A stretch of DNA of 64,000 nt, from assembly GCA_947627355.1 (NCBI GenBank), contig CANQVX010000003.1, positions 20,815-84,814 on the forward strand, read 5' to 3'. This DNA comes from an uncultured Bacilli bacterium. GTDB lineage: Bacteria; Bacillota_I; Bacilli_A; RFN20; CAG-631. Shown here one piece after another: positions 20,761 through 30,262 of the stretch (within the stretch, counting starts at the first letter, position 1; each line of letters opens with the position of its first letter). Made by a program: the position numbers and the translations under genes. The notes beneath the pieces were generated by a model. It saw only the letters and a list, made by a program, of their open reading frames with translations, made no database searches and was not told where the DNA came from.

Positions 20761-20833
20761 TTAATAGTATTTAAAAATACTATTCCTCCTTGAAAAAAAT
20801 TATAGTCCTCTATTTTTAAAAAATCAATAAATC

Positions 20834-20870
20834 AAAAAAGAATGACAATTTTAAAATCATCATTCTTTGT
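20834..20870 (-). terminator. Intrinsic terminator after DUF11-like gene
   Basis: AAAGAATGA...TCATTCTTT stem with T tract on the minus strand. Confidence 0.6.
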
Positions 20871-20884
20871 AGTATTTTTACTGT

Positions 20885-21346
20885 TTAGTACTCTACTTCT
20901 ATTCCTAAAACATTTGAACAGATTGTTTTCTTACAACAGCATTGAGTAAAACAAAGTTGGGCTCTATTACATACATTCTTATATTGTTTACAGCATTCAC
21001 AACTTGTTGTTTTGATACAACAACAACCATCACCATAAGCTCTTGCTATATAAGTAATTGTAATTGTGTTTCCAAGTGCTATAAAAGAGATTGGTAAACC
21101 ATTTTCAGGATTAAGGGTTGGATAGTTTATACCATTGATGTAAAGTGTTCCAGGAATAAATACTAATGGAGCTGGTAGTAAATCCTTAAAATAAGCATTT
21201 GTTACTAATGGGTCATTATTAGTACAAGTTGCAGTGTAAGTAACGATATCACATGGCTTTAAAGCATTTACATTTTGATTTAGAGTTAATGTTAATTTAG
21301 GGCAATTTGCTCCACAAGTATTGTTTGTAAAGTTTCCATTGTTCAT
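20885..21346 (-). CDS. Cys-rich DUF11-like (conserved repeat domain) protein
   Basis: PCDIVTYT...N...FKDLLPAPLVFIPGTLYING pattern; 16 Cys; start ATG 21346 after AGGTGA. Confidence 0.7.
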   Translation of the reverse strand: MNNGNFTNNTCGANCPKLTLTLNQNVNALKPCDIVTYTATCTNNDPLVTNAYFKDLLPAPLVFIPGTLYINGINYPTLNPENGLPISFIALGNTITITYIARAYGDGCCCIKTTSCECCKQYKNVCNRAQLCFTQCCCKKTICSNVLGIEVEY

Positions 21347-21500
21347 AGATTCACCTACTTCCAATAAAACAACTACACTTAACCATATGAAGTATTTAAC
21401 TAATAAAATTAGGTAAAAGGCTAAAAATCATTAAATTGCCCAAGAAAATATTTAAAAAAAATCAAAAATTTCTTATAATGTTAAGGAAAGAAGGAATAGT

Positions 21501-22355
21501 ATGCATGGCTTGCTATTAGTTAATAAAGAAGTTGGATATACATGTCAAGATGTTTGTAACTGCATTAAAAGAAAATTTAATGTTAAAAAAGTTGGTCATT
21601 GTGGTACTTTAGATCCTTTTGCTAATGGTTTATTAATAGTTGGAATTAATGAAGGAACAAAAATACTATCCTTTTTAGAAACTCAAAATAAAACATATTT
21701 AGCAACCCTTGAATTAGGTATTAAAACTGATACAGGAGATTGTACTGGAAATATAATTGAAACTGATAAAGTTAATAAATTTGATAAAAAAGAAATCATA
21801 AATGTATTTAATTCTTTAATAGGTATACAAAAACAAATACCACCTATGTATAGTGCTATTAAAATCAATGGAAAAAAGTTATATGAATACGCTAGAGATA
21901 ATCAAAATATTGAAAGAAAAGCTCGAGAGATTCAAATATTTTTATTAGAACTTGTTGAATATAAACATCCTTTAGTTACCTTTAAAGTTACTTGTTCGAA
22001 AGGTACTTATATTAGAACACTTGGAGAAGATATTGCATCAAAACTAAACACTGTTGGTCATTTAAAATCATTAACAAGATTAAACATTGATAATTATTCT
22101 TTAGAAAATGCTAAAAAAATAGCAGATCTTACTGAAAATGATATTCAAAGTATTGCTAGTATGGTGCCATTTAAATTTTATCTCGCAAGTGATAAAGAAT
22201 TAAATGACATTAAAAATGGAAAAAGAGTAAAACTAAATAGTAATGAAAAACAATTATTAATACTTGATAAAAATAATAAAGCAATAGCCATATATGAATT
22301 AGAAAAAGATAATATTTATCGGTCAATACGAGGTTTTTATTATGAAAATAACTAG
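21501..22355 (+). CDS. truB: tRNA pseudouridine(55) synthase
   Basis: KVGHCGTLDP, PPMYSAIK, CSKGTYIR. Confidence 0.97.
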   Translation: MHGLLLVNKEVGYTCQDVCNCIKRKFNVKKVGHCGTLDPFANGLLIVGINEGTKILSFLETQNKTYLATLELGIKTDTGDCTGNIIETDKVNKFDKKEIINVFNSLIGIQKQIPPMYSAIKINGKKLYEYARDNQNIERKAREIQIFLLELVEYKHPLVTFKVTCSKGTYIRTLGEDIASKLNTVGHLKSLTRLNIDNYSLENAKKIADLTENDIQSIASMVPFKFYLASDKELNDIKNGKRVKLNSNEKQLLILDKNNKAIAIYELEKDNIYRSIRGFYYENN

Positions 22356-23256
22356 AGTTTATGATAACAATGATATAGAGATCAAAACAAAAGATAGTTT
22401 TGTTGTAACTATTGGTTTTTTTGATGGAATTCATTTAGGCCATGAAAAGCTATTAGAAAAATGTTGTTTAAAAGCTACAGAATTAAAGGCTAAAAGTCTA
22501 GTTATTACATTTTCAAATGAAGCCATCATGAAATTAAAACACACTTATAACTTATGTTTAGAAGAAAATAAACTACTAGCTTTTGAAAAGAAACATATTG
22601 ATGAAGTTATAGTTATTGAAAATGATTCACCTATATTAAAGCAAACAGCAAGTGAATTTATAAATCAATTTCTAGCAAAATTTAATATTGCTTGTATCTA
22701 TTGTGGTGATGATTTTTGTTTTGGTTGTGATGGTAAAAAATATGATTTACTCGATAAATATTATAATATAGAAGTTATTGAATCATTAAAAGATAAGAAT
22801 GGAAAAATATCATCAAGCAATATTAAAAGAATGCTTGAAACAAATAATGTTGAAATAGCTAACTCATATTTATTTTATCCATATCATATCAAAGGAAAAG
22901 TTATCAAAGGTAAACAACTAGGAAATACCATAGGATTTCCAACAGCAAATATTGAAATAAATAATCTAGTTTTAAAAGATGGAGTTTATTATGGCGAGGT
23001 TTATTATGAAAATAAATTCTATTTAGCTATGATTAATGTTGGAACAAATCCAACAACAGATAAAGATAACATTAAGAAACTAGAAGTTCATATTCTTGAT
23101 TTTAATCAAGATATCTATGGTAAAGAAATAGAAGTTTATTTCTTAAAATATCTTAGAACAGAAGTTAAATTTGCTTCAATTGAATTACTTAAAAATCAAC
23201 TTGAACATGATAAATTGTCGATAGAAAGGCATAAAATCATAAATTTTAAAAATTGA
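22342..23256 (+). CDS. ribF: Bifunctional riboflavin kinase / FAD synthetase
   Basis: GFFDGIHLGH, ISSS, GFPTAN, LEVHILDF; truB-ribF-rpsO synteny. Confidence 0.96.
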   Translation: MKITRVYDNNDIEIKTKDSFVVTIGFFDGIHLGHEKLLEKCCLKATELKAKSLVITFSNEAIMKLKHTYNLCLEENKLLAFEKKHIDEVIVIENDSPILKQTASEFINQFLAKFNIACIYCGDDFCFGCDGKKYDLLDKYYNIEVIESLKDKNGKISSSNIKRMLETNNVEIANSYLFYPYHIKGKVIKGKQLGNTIGFPTANIEINNLVLKDGVYYGEVYYENKFYLAMINVGTNPTTDKDNIKKLEVHILDFNQDIYGKEIEVYFLKYLRTEVKFASIELLKNQLEHDKLSIERHKIINFKN

Positions 23257-23366
23257 TTGTAAACTATAACTTTATATATTATAATATATAAGACGTCCAC
23301 CAAGATAACAAATTACTCCGATTGTTTTCTTAGTCTACGCCAGAAATTAAAAAAGGAGGAAAACTT
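23257..23366 (+). promoter_or_regulatory. rpsO sigma-A promoter and probable S15 autoregulatory leader
   Basis: TTGTAA(23257)-17-TATAAT(23280); ~75-nt leader with AAGATAACAA/TTGTTTTCTT stem. Confidence 0.55.
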
Positions 23367-23639
23367 ATGTTAACAAAAGAACAAGTTGCCAACATCGTTA
23401 AAGAATATGGTGAAGATGAAAAGAACACTGGTTCAACAGAAGTTCAAGTAGCTTTACTAACTGAAAGAATTAAGTATTTAACAGAACATTTAAAAGTTCA
23501 TAAGAATGACAACCATTCTAGACGTGGTCTTTTAAAATTAGTTGGTCAAAGACGTGGCTTATTAGTTTATCTAAAGAGAACTAATTATGCTAGTTACGTT
23601 AAATTAATTGAAAAATTAGGCATTAGAGATAACATCTAA
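23367..23639 (+). CDS. rpsO: 30S ribosomal protein S15
   Basis: [32 protein letters not shown]. Confidence 0.98.
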   Translation: MLTKEQVANIVKEYGEDEKNTGSTEVQVALLTERIKYLTEHLKVHKNDNHSRRGLLKLVGQRRGLLVYLKRTNYASYVKLIEKLGIRDNI

Positions 23640-23644
23640 TCATC

Positions 23645-23671
23645 AAAACTGGGCTAATGTCCAGTTTTTTT
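23645..23671 (+). terminator. Intrinsic terminator after rpsO
   Basis: AAAACTGG...CCAGTTTTTTT. Confidence 0.75.
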
Positions 23672-23692
23672 AAAAAAAAGGGGAGAATAGTT

Positions 23693-24769
23693 ATGAATCG
23701 TGATGTATTATTAAAAGAAATTAGTGAAGTTAATGGTGTTTCCGGTTTTGAAAAAGAAGCAACAAGAGTTGTTAAAAAATATTTTAATGAATCATGTGAT
23801 GAAATTAAATACGACAATTTAGGTTCAATTGTTGGAAAAAAAGTTGGAAATGAAAAAGGGCCAAAGATTTTATTAACGGGTCATATTGATGAAGTGGGCT
23901 TTTTAGTAAAATCTATTGACAATGATGGCTTTATTCGTGTTCATCCATTAGGTGGCTGGTGGGCTCATGTAATTCTAGCTCAAAAAGTTATGATTACTAC
24001 TCGTAGTGGTAAAAAAGTATTTGGTGTATTTGGCGCTGAACCACCTCATGGAATGGGACCAGAAGCTAGAAACAAAGTAAAAGATGCTAAAGACTTGTAT
24101 ATTGATTTAGGTGTTAAAAACAAACAAGAAGTTGAAGAATTAGGTGTTCAAGTCGGTGATCCTATTTGTCCTTTAACTGAATTTAGAAGAATGAATAACC
24201 CTAAATATTTATATGGTAAAGCTTGGGATGATAGAATTGCTGTTGCTTCAATTATTGAAACCTTAAATAACTTAAAAGGTGTTAACCATCCAAATGTTGT
24301 TTATGGTGCTGCTACTGTTCAAGAAGAAGTTGGTTTAAGAGGTGCTAAAACAGTTGCTAATATGGTTCATCCTGATGTTGCAATCGCTATTGATGTTACT
24401 ATGTGTTATGACTTACCTACCATTAAAGATGGTGAAGCAAAACTTGGAACTGGTGTTGCTTTAAGTTTATATGATCATAGTGTTATTGCTCATAGTGGTC
24501 TTGTAAAATTCATGGAAAACATTTGTAAGGAACAAAACATTCCATTTACTTATGATGGACTTGCTGCCGGTGGTACTGATAGTGGTGAACTTCATAAGGT
24601 TTATGATGGTGTTGTAAATATGACTTTATCATTACCATGTCGTTATTTCCATTCTCATAGTTCAATTGTCCATGAAGATGATTTAGATGCAACAGTAAGA
24701 TTACTAACTGAATTTATTAAACGTTTAGATAGTGCTGCATTAGAAGAAATTAAAAAAGATAAACAATAA
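23693..24769 (+). CDS. M42 family aminopeptidase
   Basis: SGFE, GHIDE, KAWDDR, QEEVGLRGA, GGTD, RYFHS; start ATG 23693 after GGGGAG. Confidence 0.94.
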   Translation: MNRDVLLKEISEVNGVSGFEKEATRVVKKYFNESCDEIKYDNLGSIVGKKVGNEKGPKILLTGHIDEVGFLVKSIDNDGFIRVHPLGGWWAHVILAQKVMITTRSGKKVFGVFGAEPPHGMGPEARNKVKDAKDLYIDLGVKNKQEVEELGVQVGDPICPLTEFRRMNNPKYLYGKAWDDRIAVASIIETLNNLKGVNHPNVVYGAATVQEEVGLRGAKTVANMVHPDVAIAIDVTMCYDLPTIKDGEAKLGTGVALSLYDHSVIAHSGLVKFMENICKEQNIPFTYDGLAAGGTDSGELHKVYDGVVNMTLSLPCRYFHSHSSIVHEDDLDATVRLLTEFIKRLDSAALEEIKKDKQ

Positions 24770-24821
24770 AAATTGCTGAATAAAAGGACTATTTTACTTA
24801 CAAAATATAATTGGTGATTTA

Positions 24822-25637
24822 ATGAAAATACCAAAGATATTGGCTAATGTATTAGTCCTTTTTTTGTTATCAAGTTGTAATGATAATAAGAATATTGTTT
24901 CATCTTATAGTTCTAGTGAATCAGTAAGTTCAAACATTCAAGAAATAGCTGATTTTGGTGTTTTTATTAACGAATTTGAATATTTAACTAATCAATTTAA
25001 AGATATTGATAAACAAATACTACCTGATATAATTTATGCTATTTTATCCGTTTCTATCGACAATAATTTAATTGAAATGCAAGTTGAAATTATTGAAGAT
25101 ACTAATAATGGTAAGCAATATCATGTTTCTAACAACCTTATTGATTTATGGGTAAGTAATAATAAAATTGAAATAATCTATATAAACGAAAAATATCCTT
25201 TAGAACCACTACCTAATTATTATTTAGAACTTTATATCAATTATTTAGAATTCAAAAGTGAAACTGATAATTTAATATTTGTTGATTTAAAAAGACAAAC
25301 TGTCAATGTTTTTAAAAATATAAATGGTTATTTCTTTTTAATTAAAAGTTTTCCTTGTGCTAGTGGAAAAACATCAACTCCAACTAAACGAGGTTTATAT
25401 AAAATTTATGATAAAGGTCCTGTTTTTTATAACGAAGTGAAGTTTTATAAATGTTATTATTGGCTTAAATATTCTAATAAATATTTGCTTCATTCAATTC
25501 CTTATAGTTTAGAAGGAGAGCCATTAAATACTTCAATGAGTAAAAAAGTCTCGAATGGCTGTGTAAGAATGTATTATAAAGATGCCAAATGGCTCTATGA
25601 AAACATTCAAATTAACACCACAATTTGGATAAATTGA
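24822..25637 (+). CDS. L,D-transpeptidase (YkuD) lipoprotein
   Basis: Lipobox LSSC; VDL..Q, ASG...PT..G, LLHS...SNGCVRM catalytic motif. Confidence 0.9.
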   Translation: MKIPKILANVLVLFLLSSCNDNKNIVSSYSSSESVSSNIQEIADFGVFINEFEYLTNQFKDIDKQILPDIIYAILSVSIDNNLIEMQVEIIEDTNNGKQYHVSNNLIDLWVSNNKIEIIYINEKYPLEPLPNYYLELYINYLEFKSETDNLIFVDLKRQTVNVFKNINGYFFLIKSFPCASGKTSTPTKRGLYKIYDKGPVFYNEVKFYKCYYWLKYSNKYLLHSIPYSLEGEPLNTSMSKKVSNGCVRMYYKDAKWLYENIQINTTIWIN

Positions 25638-25677
25638 GTGATTGCAATTTACTAAAACAAGTGTATAATATGGGTAG

Positions 25678-25900
25678 CGACAATTGAAGACAATGTCTAT
25701 TTAAAGATGTCTATAGAGAGAAAATCATTGGTGGAAGATTTTCGATAATCGAAATAGAATACTACTTCATAGCTCTATTAATACTAGCGTATATTCTGCG
25801 TTAAAGAATAAAGAGTGCATATTACATTTGTAATATGAACTAAGGTGGTACCACGTAATCAAAGCGTCCTTAGATTGAAATCGAGGATGTTTTTTTATTT
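25678..25900 (+). promoter_or_regulatory. T-box riboswitch (Thr)
   Basis: AGAGA and GGTGGAA distal elements, specifier ACT at 25761-25763, T-box AAGGTGGTACCACG at 25842-25855, terminator 25862-25896; precedes thrS. Confidence 0.93.
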
Positions 25901-25919
25901 TAAAGGAGTGAAAAAAATT

Positions 25920-27656
25920 ATGATTAACATTAAAGAAGATGAAAAATTATCAGTTTTAAACCATAGTTGTGCCCATTTACTAGCACAAGCGGTTAAACAT
26001 TTGTATCCAAATGCTAAGTTTTGGGTTGGACCTGTTATTGAAGATGGCTTTTATTATGATATGGATTTAGGCGATGCAGTTGTTAAAGAAGAAGATTTAG
26101 CAACCATTGAAAAAGAAATGAAAAAAATTGCTAAAGATGGAAAACGTATCGTTCGTGAAGAATTATCTAAACAACAAGCACTTGAAATGTTTAAAGATGA
26201 TCCTTATAAGATTGATTTAATTGAAAACCTTCCTGAAGATGAAGTAATTAGTGCTTATCGTCAAGGTGATTTTGTTGACCTTTGCCGTGGCCCTCATGTT
26301 GAATCAGTTAAACTAATAAAATACTTTAAATTACTTAAGGTAAGTGGTGCTTATTATAAAGGTGATAGCAATAATAAAATGCTACAAAGAATTTATGGTA
26401 TTTGCTTTGAAAATGAACAAGATTTAACAGATTATTTAAACTTCTTAGAAGAAGCTAAAAAAAGAGACCATAGAAAACTTGGAAAAGACTTAGAATTATT
26501 CATGTTAAGTGAATATGGACCTGGTTTTCCTTTCTGGTTACCAGATGGTATGATTTTAAGAAAACAATTAGAAAACTTTTGGATTGAAGAACATTTAAAA
26601 GAAGGATATAAACTAATTCAAACTCCAATCATGTTAAATAAAAAACTATGGGAAATTTCTGGACACTGGGAAAACTATCGTGAAAACATGTATACATCTG
26701 AAATCGATAAATATGAATTTGCTATTAAACCTATGAATTGTCCTGGAAGTTTACTTGTTTATAAAAATTCAATTCACTCTTATAAAGATTTTCCATTAAA
26801 ACTTGGTGAACTTGGCTTAGTTCATCGTCATGAAGCAAGTGGTGCTTTAAATGGTTTATTTAGAGTTAGAACATTTACTCAAGATGATGCTCACATCTTC
26901 ATGAGTGAAGATATGATTCAAAAAGAAGTTAAAAAACTTATTCAATTATATGACCGCATTTATTCAATCTTTGGCTTAGATTATCATATTGAATTATCAA
27001 CTCGTCCTGAAAAGAAATACATTGGTAAGATTTCAGTTTGGAACAAAGCTGAAAAAGCTTTAGCAAAAGCATGCGAAGCATCTGGTAAAAAATTTATTAT
27101 CAATCCAGGTGATGGTGCTTTCTATGGACCTAAACTTGATTTCAAATTAAGAGACTCACTTGGCCGTATTTGGCAATGTGGTACTATTCAATTAGACATG
27201 AATCTACCGGAAAGATTTGACATTTACTACATTGATAAAAAAGGTAATAAAAAACGTCCAATCATGCTACATCGTGCCTTACTTGGTTCAATTGAACGTT
27301 TTATTGGTATCATTATTGAACACTTTGGTGGTGCTTTCCCATTATGGCTAGCTCCTAAACAAGTAGTTGTTTTACCTGTTAATAATCAATATCATTTAAA
27401 ATATGCTAAAAAGATTGAACAACAATTACTTAAAGCAAACATTAGAGTAGTTATGGATGCTCGTGAAGAAAAACTAGGTTATAAGATTCGTGAAGCAAAC
27501 GTTAAAAAGATTACTTATCAAGTAGTTGTTGGCGATGAAGAACTTAATAACAAGACTATTAAAGTTCGTAAATATGGAAGTCAAGAACAAACTTCTATGA
27601 CTTTAAAAGAATTTGTTAAGAAATTACAACTTGAAATTAAAAACAAGGTTAGATAA
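25920..27656 (+). CDS. thrS: Threonyl-tRNA synthetase (short form, no N-terminal TGS domain)
   Basis: HSCAH, DLCRGPH, RDHRKLG, KPMNCP, GAFYGPK, WQCGTIQLD; ATG 25920 after AAGGAG. Confidence 0.98.
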   Translation: MINIKEDEKLSVLNHSCAHLLAQAVKHLYPNAKFWVGPVIEDGFYYDMDLGDAVVKEEDLATIEKEMKKIAKDGKRIVREELSKQQALEMFKDDPYKIDLIENLPEDEVISAYRQGDFVDLCRGPHVESVKLIKYFKLLKVSGAYYKGDSNNKMLQRIYGICFENEQDLTDYLNFLEEAKKRDHRKLGKDLELFMLSEYGPGFPFWLPDGMILRKQLENFWIEEHLKEGYKLIQTPIMLNKKLWEISGHWENYRENMYTSEIDKYEFAIKPMNCPGSLLVYKNSIHSYKDFPLKLGELGLVHRHEASGALNGLFRVRTFTQDDAHIFMSEDMIQKEVKKLIQLYDRIYSIFGLDYHIELSTRPEKKYIGKISVWNKAEKALAKACEASGKKFIINPGDGAFYGPKLDFKLRDSLGRIWQCGTIQLDMNLPERFDIYYIDKKGNKKRPIMLHRALLGSIERFIGIIIEHFGGAFPLWLAPKQVVVLPVNNQYHLKYAKKIEQQLLKANIRVVMDAREEKLGYKIREANVKKITYQVVVGDEELNNKTIKVRKYGSQEQTSMTLKEFVKKLQLEIKNKVR

Positions 27657-27658
27657 TT

Positions 27659-28291
27659 ATGCGTGGTAGAAATAAACCTTGGGCAGATGCCTTTATTTTA
27701 GAACATGCTAATTATTTATTAGAAAACAAGAATTATAAATTTGATAAACCTACTTATTTAGAAATCGGTATTGGTAAAGGTGATTTTATCATTCAAAGCT
27801 GCAAGTATTATCAAGATGTTTTCCATATTGGAATTGAAGTAAATAAATCAATATTTGCTTTAGCTTTAAAAAAGATAGTAGAAGTTGATAATTTAGATAA
27901 TATTGCTTTGCTTAATATCGATGCCACTAATATATTAGATTATATTCCATTAAATTCTATCGATAAAATCTTTTTAAACTTTAGTGATCCATGGCCTAAA
28001 AAAAGACATGCAAAACGAAGATTAGTTAGTTCAAGATATTTAAAAATATTTAAACAAATCTTAAAATCTTCCGGTCAAATCGTATTAAAAACTGATAATA
28101 AAAATTTAATGGAATATGCTAAAGAATGTTTTGATGAAGAAAATTTTATATGTGTTGATTATTTTGATGATTATCAAACTGTTGAAGGCGATTTTGTTAG
28201 TGAATACGAAACTCGTTTTAGAAGTTTAAATCAACCAATTTATCGAATAATCGTTAAATTTGAAAAGGAGGTTAAACATGAATCTAACTAA
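27659..28291 (+). CDS. trmB: tRNA (guanine-N7)-methyltransferase
   Basis: MRGRNKPWA, EIGIGKG, NFSDPWPKKRH, KTD. Confidence 0.96.
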   Translation: MRGRNKPWADAFILEHANYLLENKNYKFDKPTYLEIGIGKGDFIIQSCKYYQDVFHIGIEVNKSIFALALKKIVEVDNLDNIALLNIDATNILDYIPLNSIDKIFLNFSDPWPKKRHAKRRLVSSRYLKIFKQILKSSGQIVLKTDNKNLMEYAKECFDEENFICVDYFDDYQTVEGDFVSEYETRFRSLNQPIYRIIVKFEKEVKHESN

Positions 28292-29357
28292 AAAACAAAT
28301 TAAAATCTTAAAAGATTTTTGTGAGTCTTATGGTGCATCAGGCTTTGAAAAAAATGTAACTCATTTATTTAAAGAATATGTAACACCTTATTGTGATGAC
28401 ATTATTTATGATAACTTAGGTTCTATCTATGCTTATAAGAAATCTAAAGTTAATAATCCTTTAAAGGTTATGGTCGCTGCTCATAGTGATGAAGTGGCTT
28501 TAAAAGTAAATGAAATATGTGATAATGGTCTTATTAAAGTTAGAGAAACAAGCATTTGGAATCAAATATTAATGGCTCAAAGAGTAACTTTAATCAATCA
28601 AAACAATGAAATGTTTAAAGGTGCTATTTGTGCAACTCCAATTCATTTACTATCAGCTAGTCAAAAAAATAGTCCAGTTGAGGTAAAAGATATGTTTGTT
28701 GACTTTGGATTTTTAAATAAAGAAGATGCTATTAACCATAATGTTAGATTTAATGATCCAATTTTTGTCGATGGATCCTTTGAAATCTTAAATGATAAAC
28801 GCATTTTATCAAAAGCCTTAGATAATCGTATTGGTTGTGCTTTATTAGTTGAAATATTAATGGCTTTAAAAAATGTAGAACTTCCTTATGATTTATATGT
28901 TGGTCTTGATGTTCAAGAAGAAGTAGGACTTAGAGGAGCAACTACCGCTAGTCAAATGATTAAACCTGATTTTGCTATTGTTGTTGATTGTTCACCTGCT
29001 AATGATTTAGCTTCAAATACTGAAATGGGAAGATTAGGAGAAGGCGTTTTACTTAGAGTTGTTGATGGTAACATGATTGCTTTTTCTCAATTGATTGATT
29101 ATCAAAAGAAATTATGTATCAAGCATCATATTCCTTATCAATATTTCATTTCTAATGGTGGCACTGATGCTGGAGCAATTCATAAAGCAAATGATGGAAT
29201 TTTAACTCTTACCTCTTGTATTTGTGCTAGAAATATTCATTCTAATTCTTCAATTATGGATGTTGATGATTATCTAGCAAATATGAAATTTTTAAAAGTT
29301 TTACTTAAATCATTTAATGCTAGTGTTTATGAAAAATTATTAAAGGATGGTCGTTAA
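28278..29357 (+). CDS. M42 family aminopeptidase (second paralog)
   Basis: SGFE, AHSDE, KALDNR, QEEVGLRGA, GGTDAG, RNIHS; ATG 28278 after AAGGAGG. Confidence 0.93.
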   Translation: MNLTKKQIKILKDFCESYGASGFEKNVTHLFKEYVTPYCDDIIYDNLGSIYAYKKSKVNNPLKVMVAAHSDEVALKVNEICDNGLIKVRETSIWNQILMAQRVTLINQNNEMFKGAICATPIHLLSASQKNSPVEVKDMFVDFGFLNKEDAINHNVRFNDPIFVDGSFEILNDKRILSKALDNRIGCALLVEILMALKNVELPYDLYVGLDVQEEVGLRGATTASQMIKPDFAIVVDCSPANDLASNTEMGRLGEGVLLRVVDGNMIAFSQLIDYQKKLCIKHHIPYQYFISNGGTDAGAIHKANDGILTLTSCICARNIHSNSSIMDVDDYLANMKFLKVLLKSFNASVYEKLLKDGR

Positions 29358-29952
29358 TATGAGTTATGTATTTTATTTAAATCATATGTTACTTATCAAT
29401 CATGGTTCAAATCAAAAGACCGATCATGTTAAACAATTTGCCGATAGAATCGTAGCTTTATATAATAAAGATAACGAAAATATAGGTTATAATATCTTAA
29501 ATTATCAAGATGATTCATTAAAGCCAGGACTTATCATTTATCCTAGTGCTAAATTAGAAAATGAAGTAAATGAAATCTTAAATAAACAAGGACTTCCTTC
29601 AATTAAACTGCAAGGAATGGAAAGTCTAGTAGTAGGAAAAGTCCTAACTTGTGTTGAACATCCTGATTCTGATCATTTACATATCACAACAGTAGATGTT
29701 AAAGATGAAGTTTTACAGATTGTTTGTGGTGCTAAAAACATTGCAGCCGGTCAAAAGGTAGTAGTTGCTAAAGTAGGCACTATGATGTTTGATGGTACAT
29801 TTATTGAACCAAGTTTGTTGCGAAACGTTTCATCTTGTGGTATGATATGTTCAGGATTTGAACTTAAATTAGATGGCTACAAGCCAAAAACAGGAATTCT
29901 TGTTTTAGATGATAGTTATCAAATTGGAAATCCTTATTTTGCTAAGGAGTGA
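29347..29952 (+). CDS. ytpR: YtpR-like tRNA-binding domain protein
   Basis: VVGKV...HPDSDHL...QIVCGAKN...GMICS; trmB-M42-ytpR synteny. Confidence 0.88.
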   Translation: MVVNMSYVFYLNHMLLINHGSNQKTDHVKQFADRIVALYNKDNENIGYNILNYQDDSLKPGLIIYPSAKLENEVNEILNKQGLPSIKLQGMESLVVGKVLTCVEHPDSDHLHITTVDVKDEVLQIVCGAKNIAAGQKVVVAKVGTMMFDGTFIEPSLLRNVSSCGMICSGFELKLDGYKPKTGILVLDDSYQIGNPYFAKE

Positions 29953-29957
29953 GCTTA

Positions 29958-30146
29958 ATGGAAAACAAAAAACCTACTTATAGTGATGAAACCCAAGCAG
30001 TAGTACTTAACGAAAATACTGAAGTTTTAGATGCTACCGGTTATGTCAATACTGTCGAATTAAACGATCTTATTAAGGCTGAAGAAGCCGAAAAAAAACT
30101 TCCTTGGTATAAGAAAATTTTTAAACGTAAAAATAAGAAAAAATAG
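29958..30146 (+). CDS. Small hypothetical protein with basic amphipathic C-terminus
   Basis: SD AAGGAG upstream of ATG 29958; acidic body ending LPWYKKIFKRKNKKK; followed by a terminator. Confidence 0.6.
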   Translation: MENKKPTYSDETQAVVLNENTEVLDATGYVNTVELNDLIKAEEAEKKLPWYKKIFKRKNKKK

Positions 30147-30149
30147 ATT

Positions 30150-30181
30150 AAGTGTTTGCTTTTTTATAGCAAATGCTTTTT
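30150..30181 (+). terminator. Intrinsic terminator
   Basis: AAGTGTTTGCT...AGCAAATGCTTTTT. Confidence 0.7.
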
Positions 30182-30262
30182 ATTATTTATAATAATTATT
30201 ATTGCTAATTTTTATTTGAGTTGTTAAAATATTGTGTGTGGAATAAATTTGGGGGTAGTAAA

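Noticed and set aside
21365-21420. Sigma-K promoter for the Cys-rich gene (CATATGGTT)
   Set aside because: The -10-like word is present, but I found no AC -35 element at the right spacing; not supportable.
25845-25919. N-terminal extension of ThrS or a leader peptide
   Set aside because: This is the T-box antiterminator/terminator; the real start is 25920.
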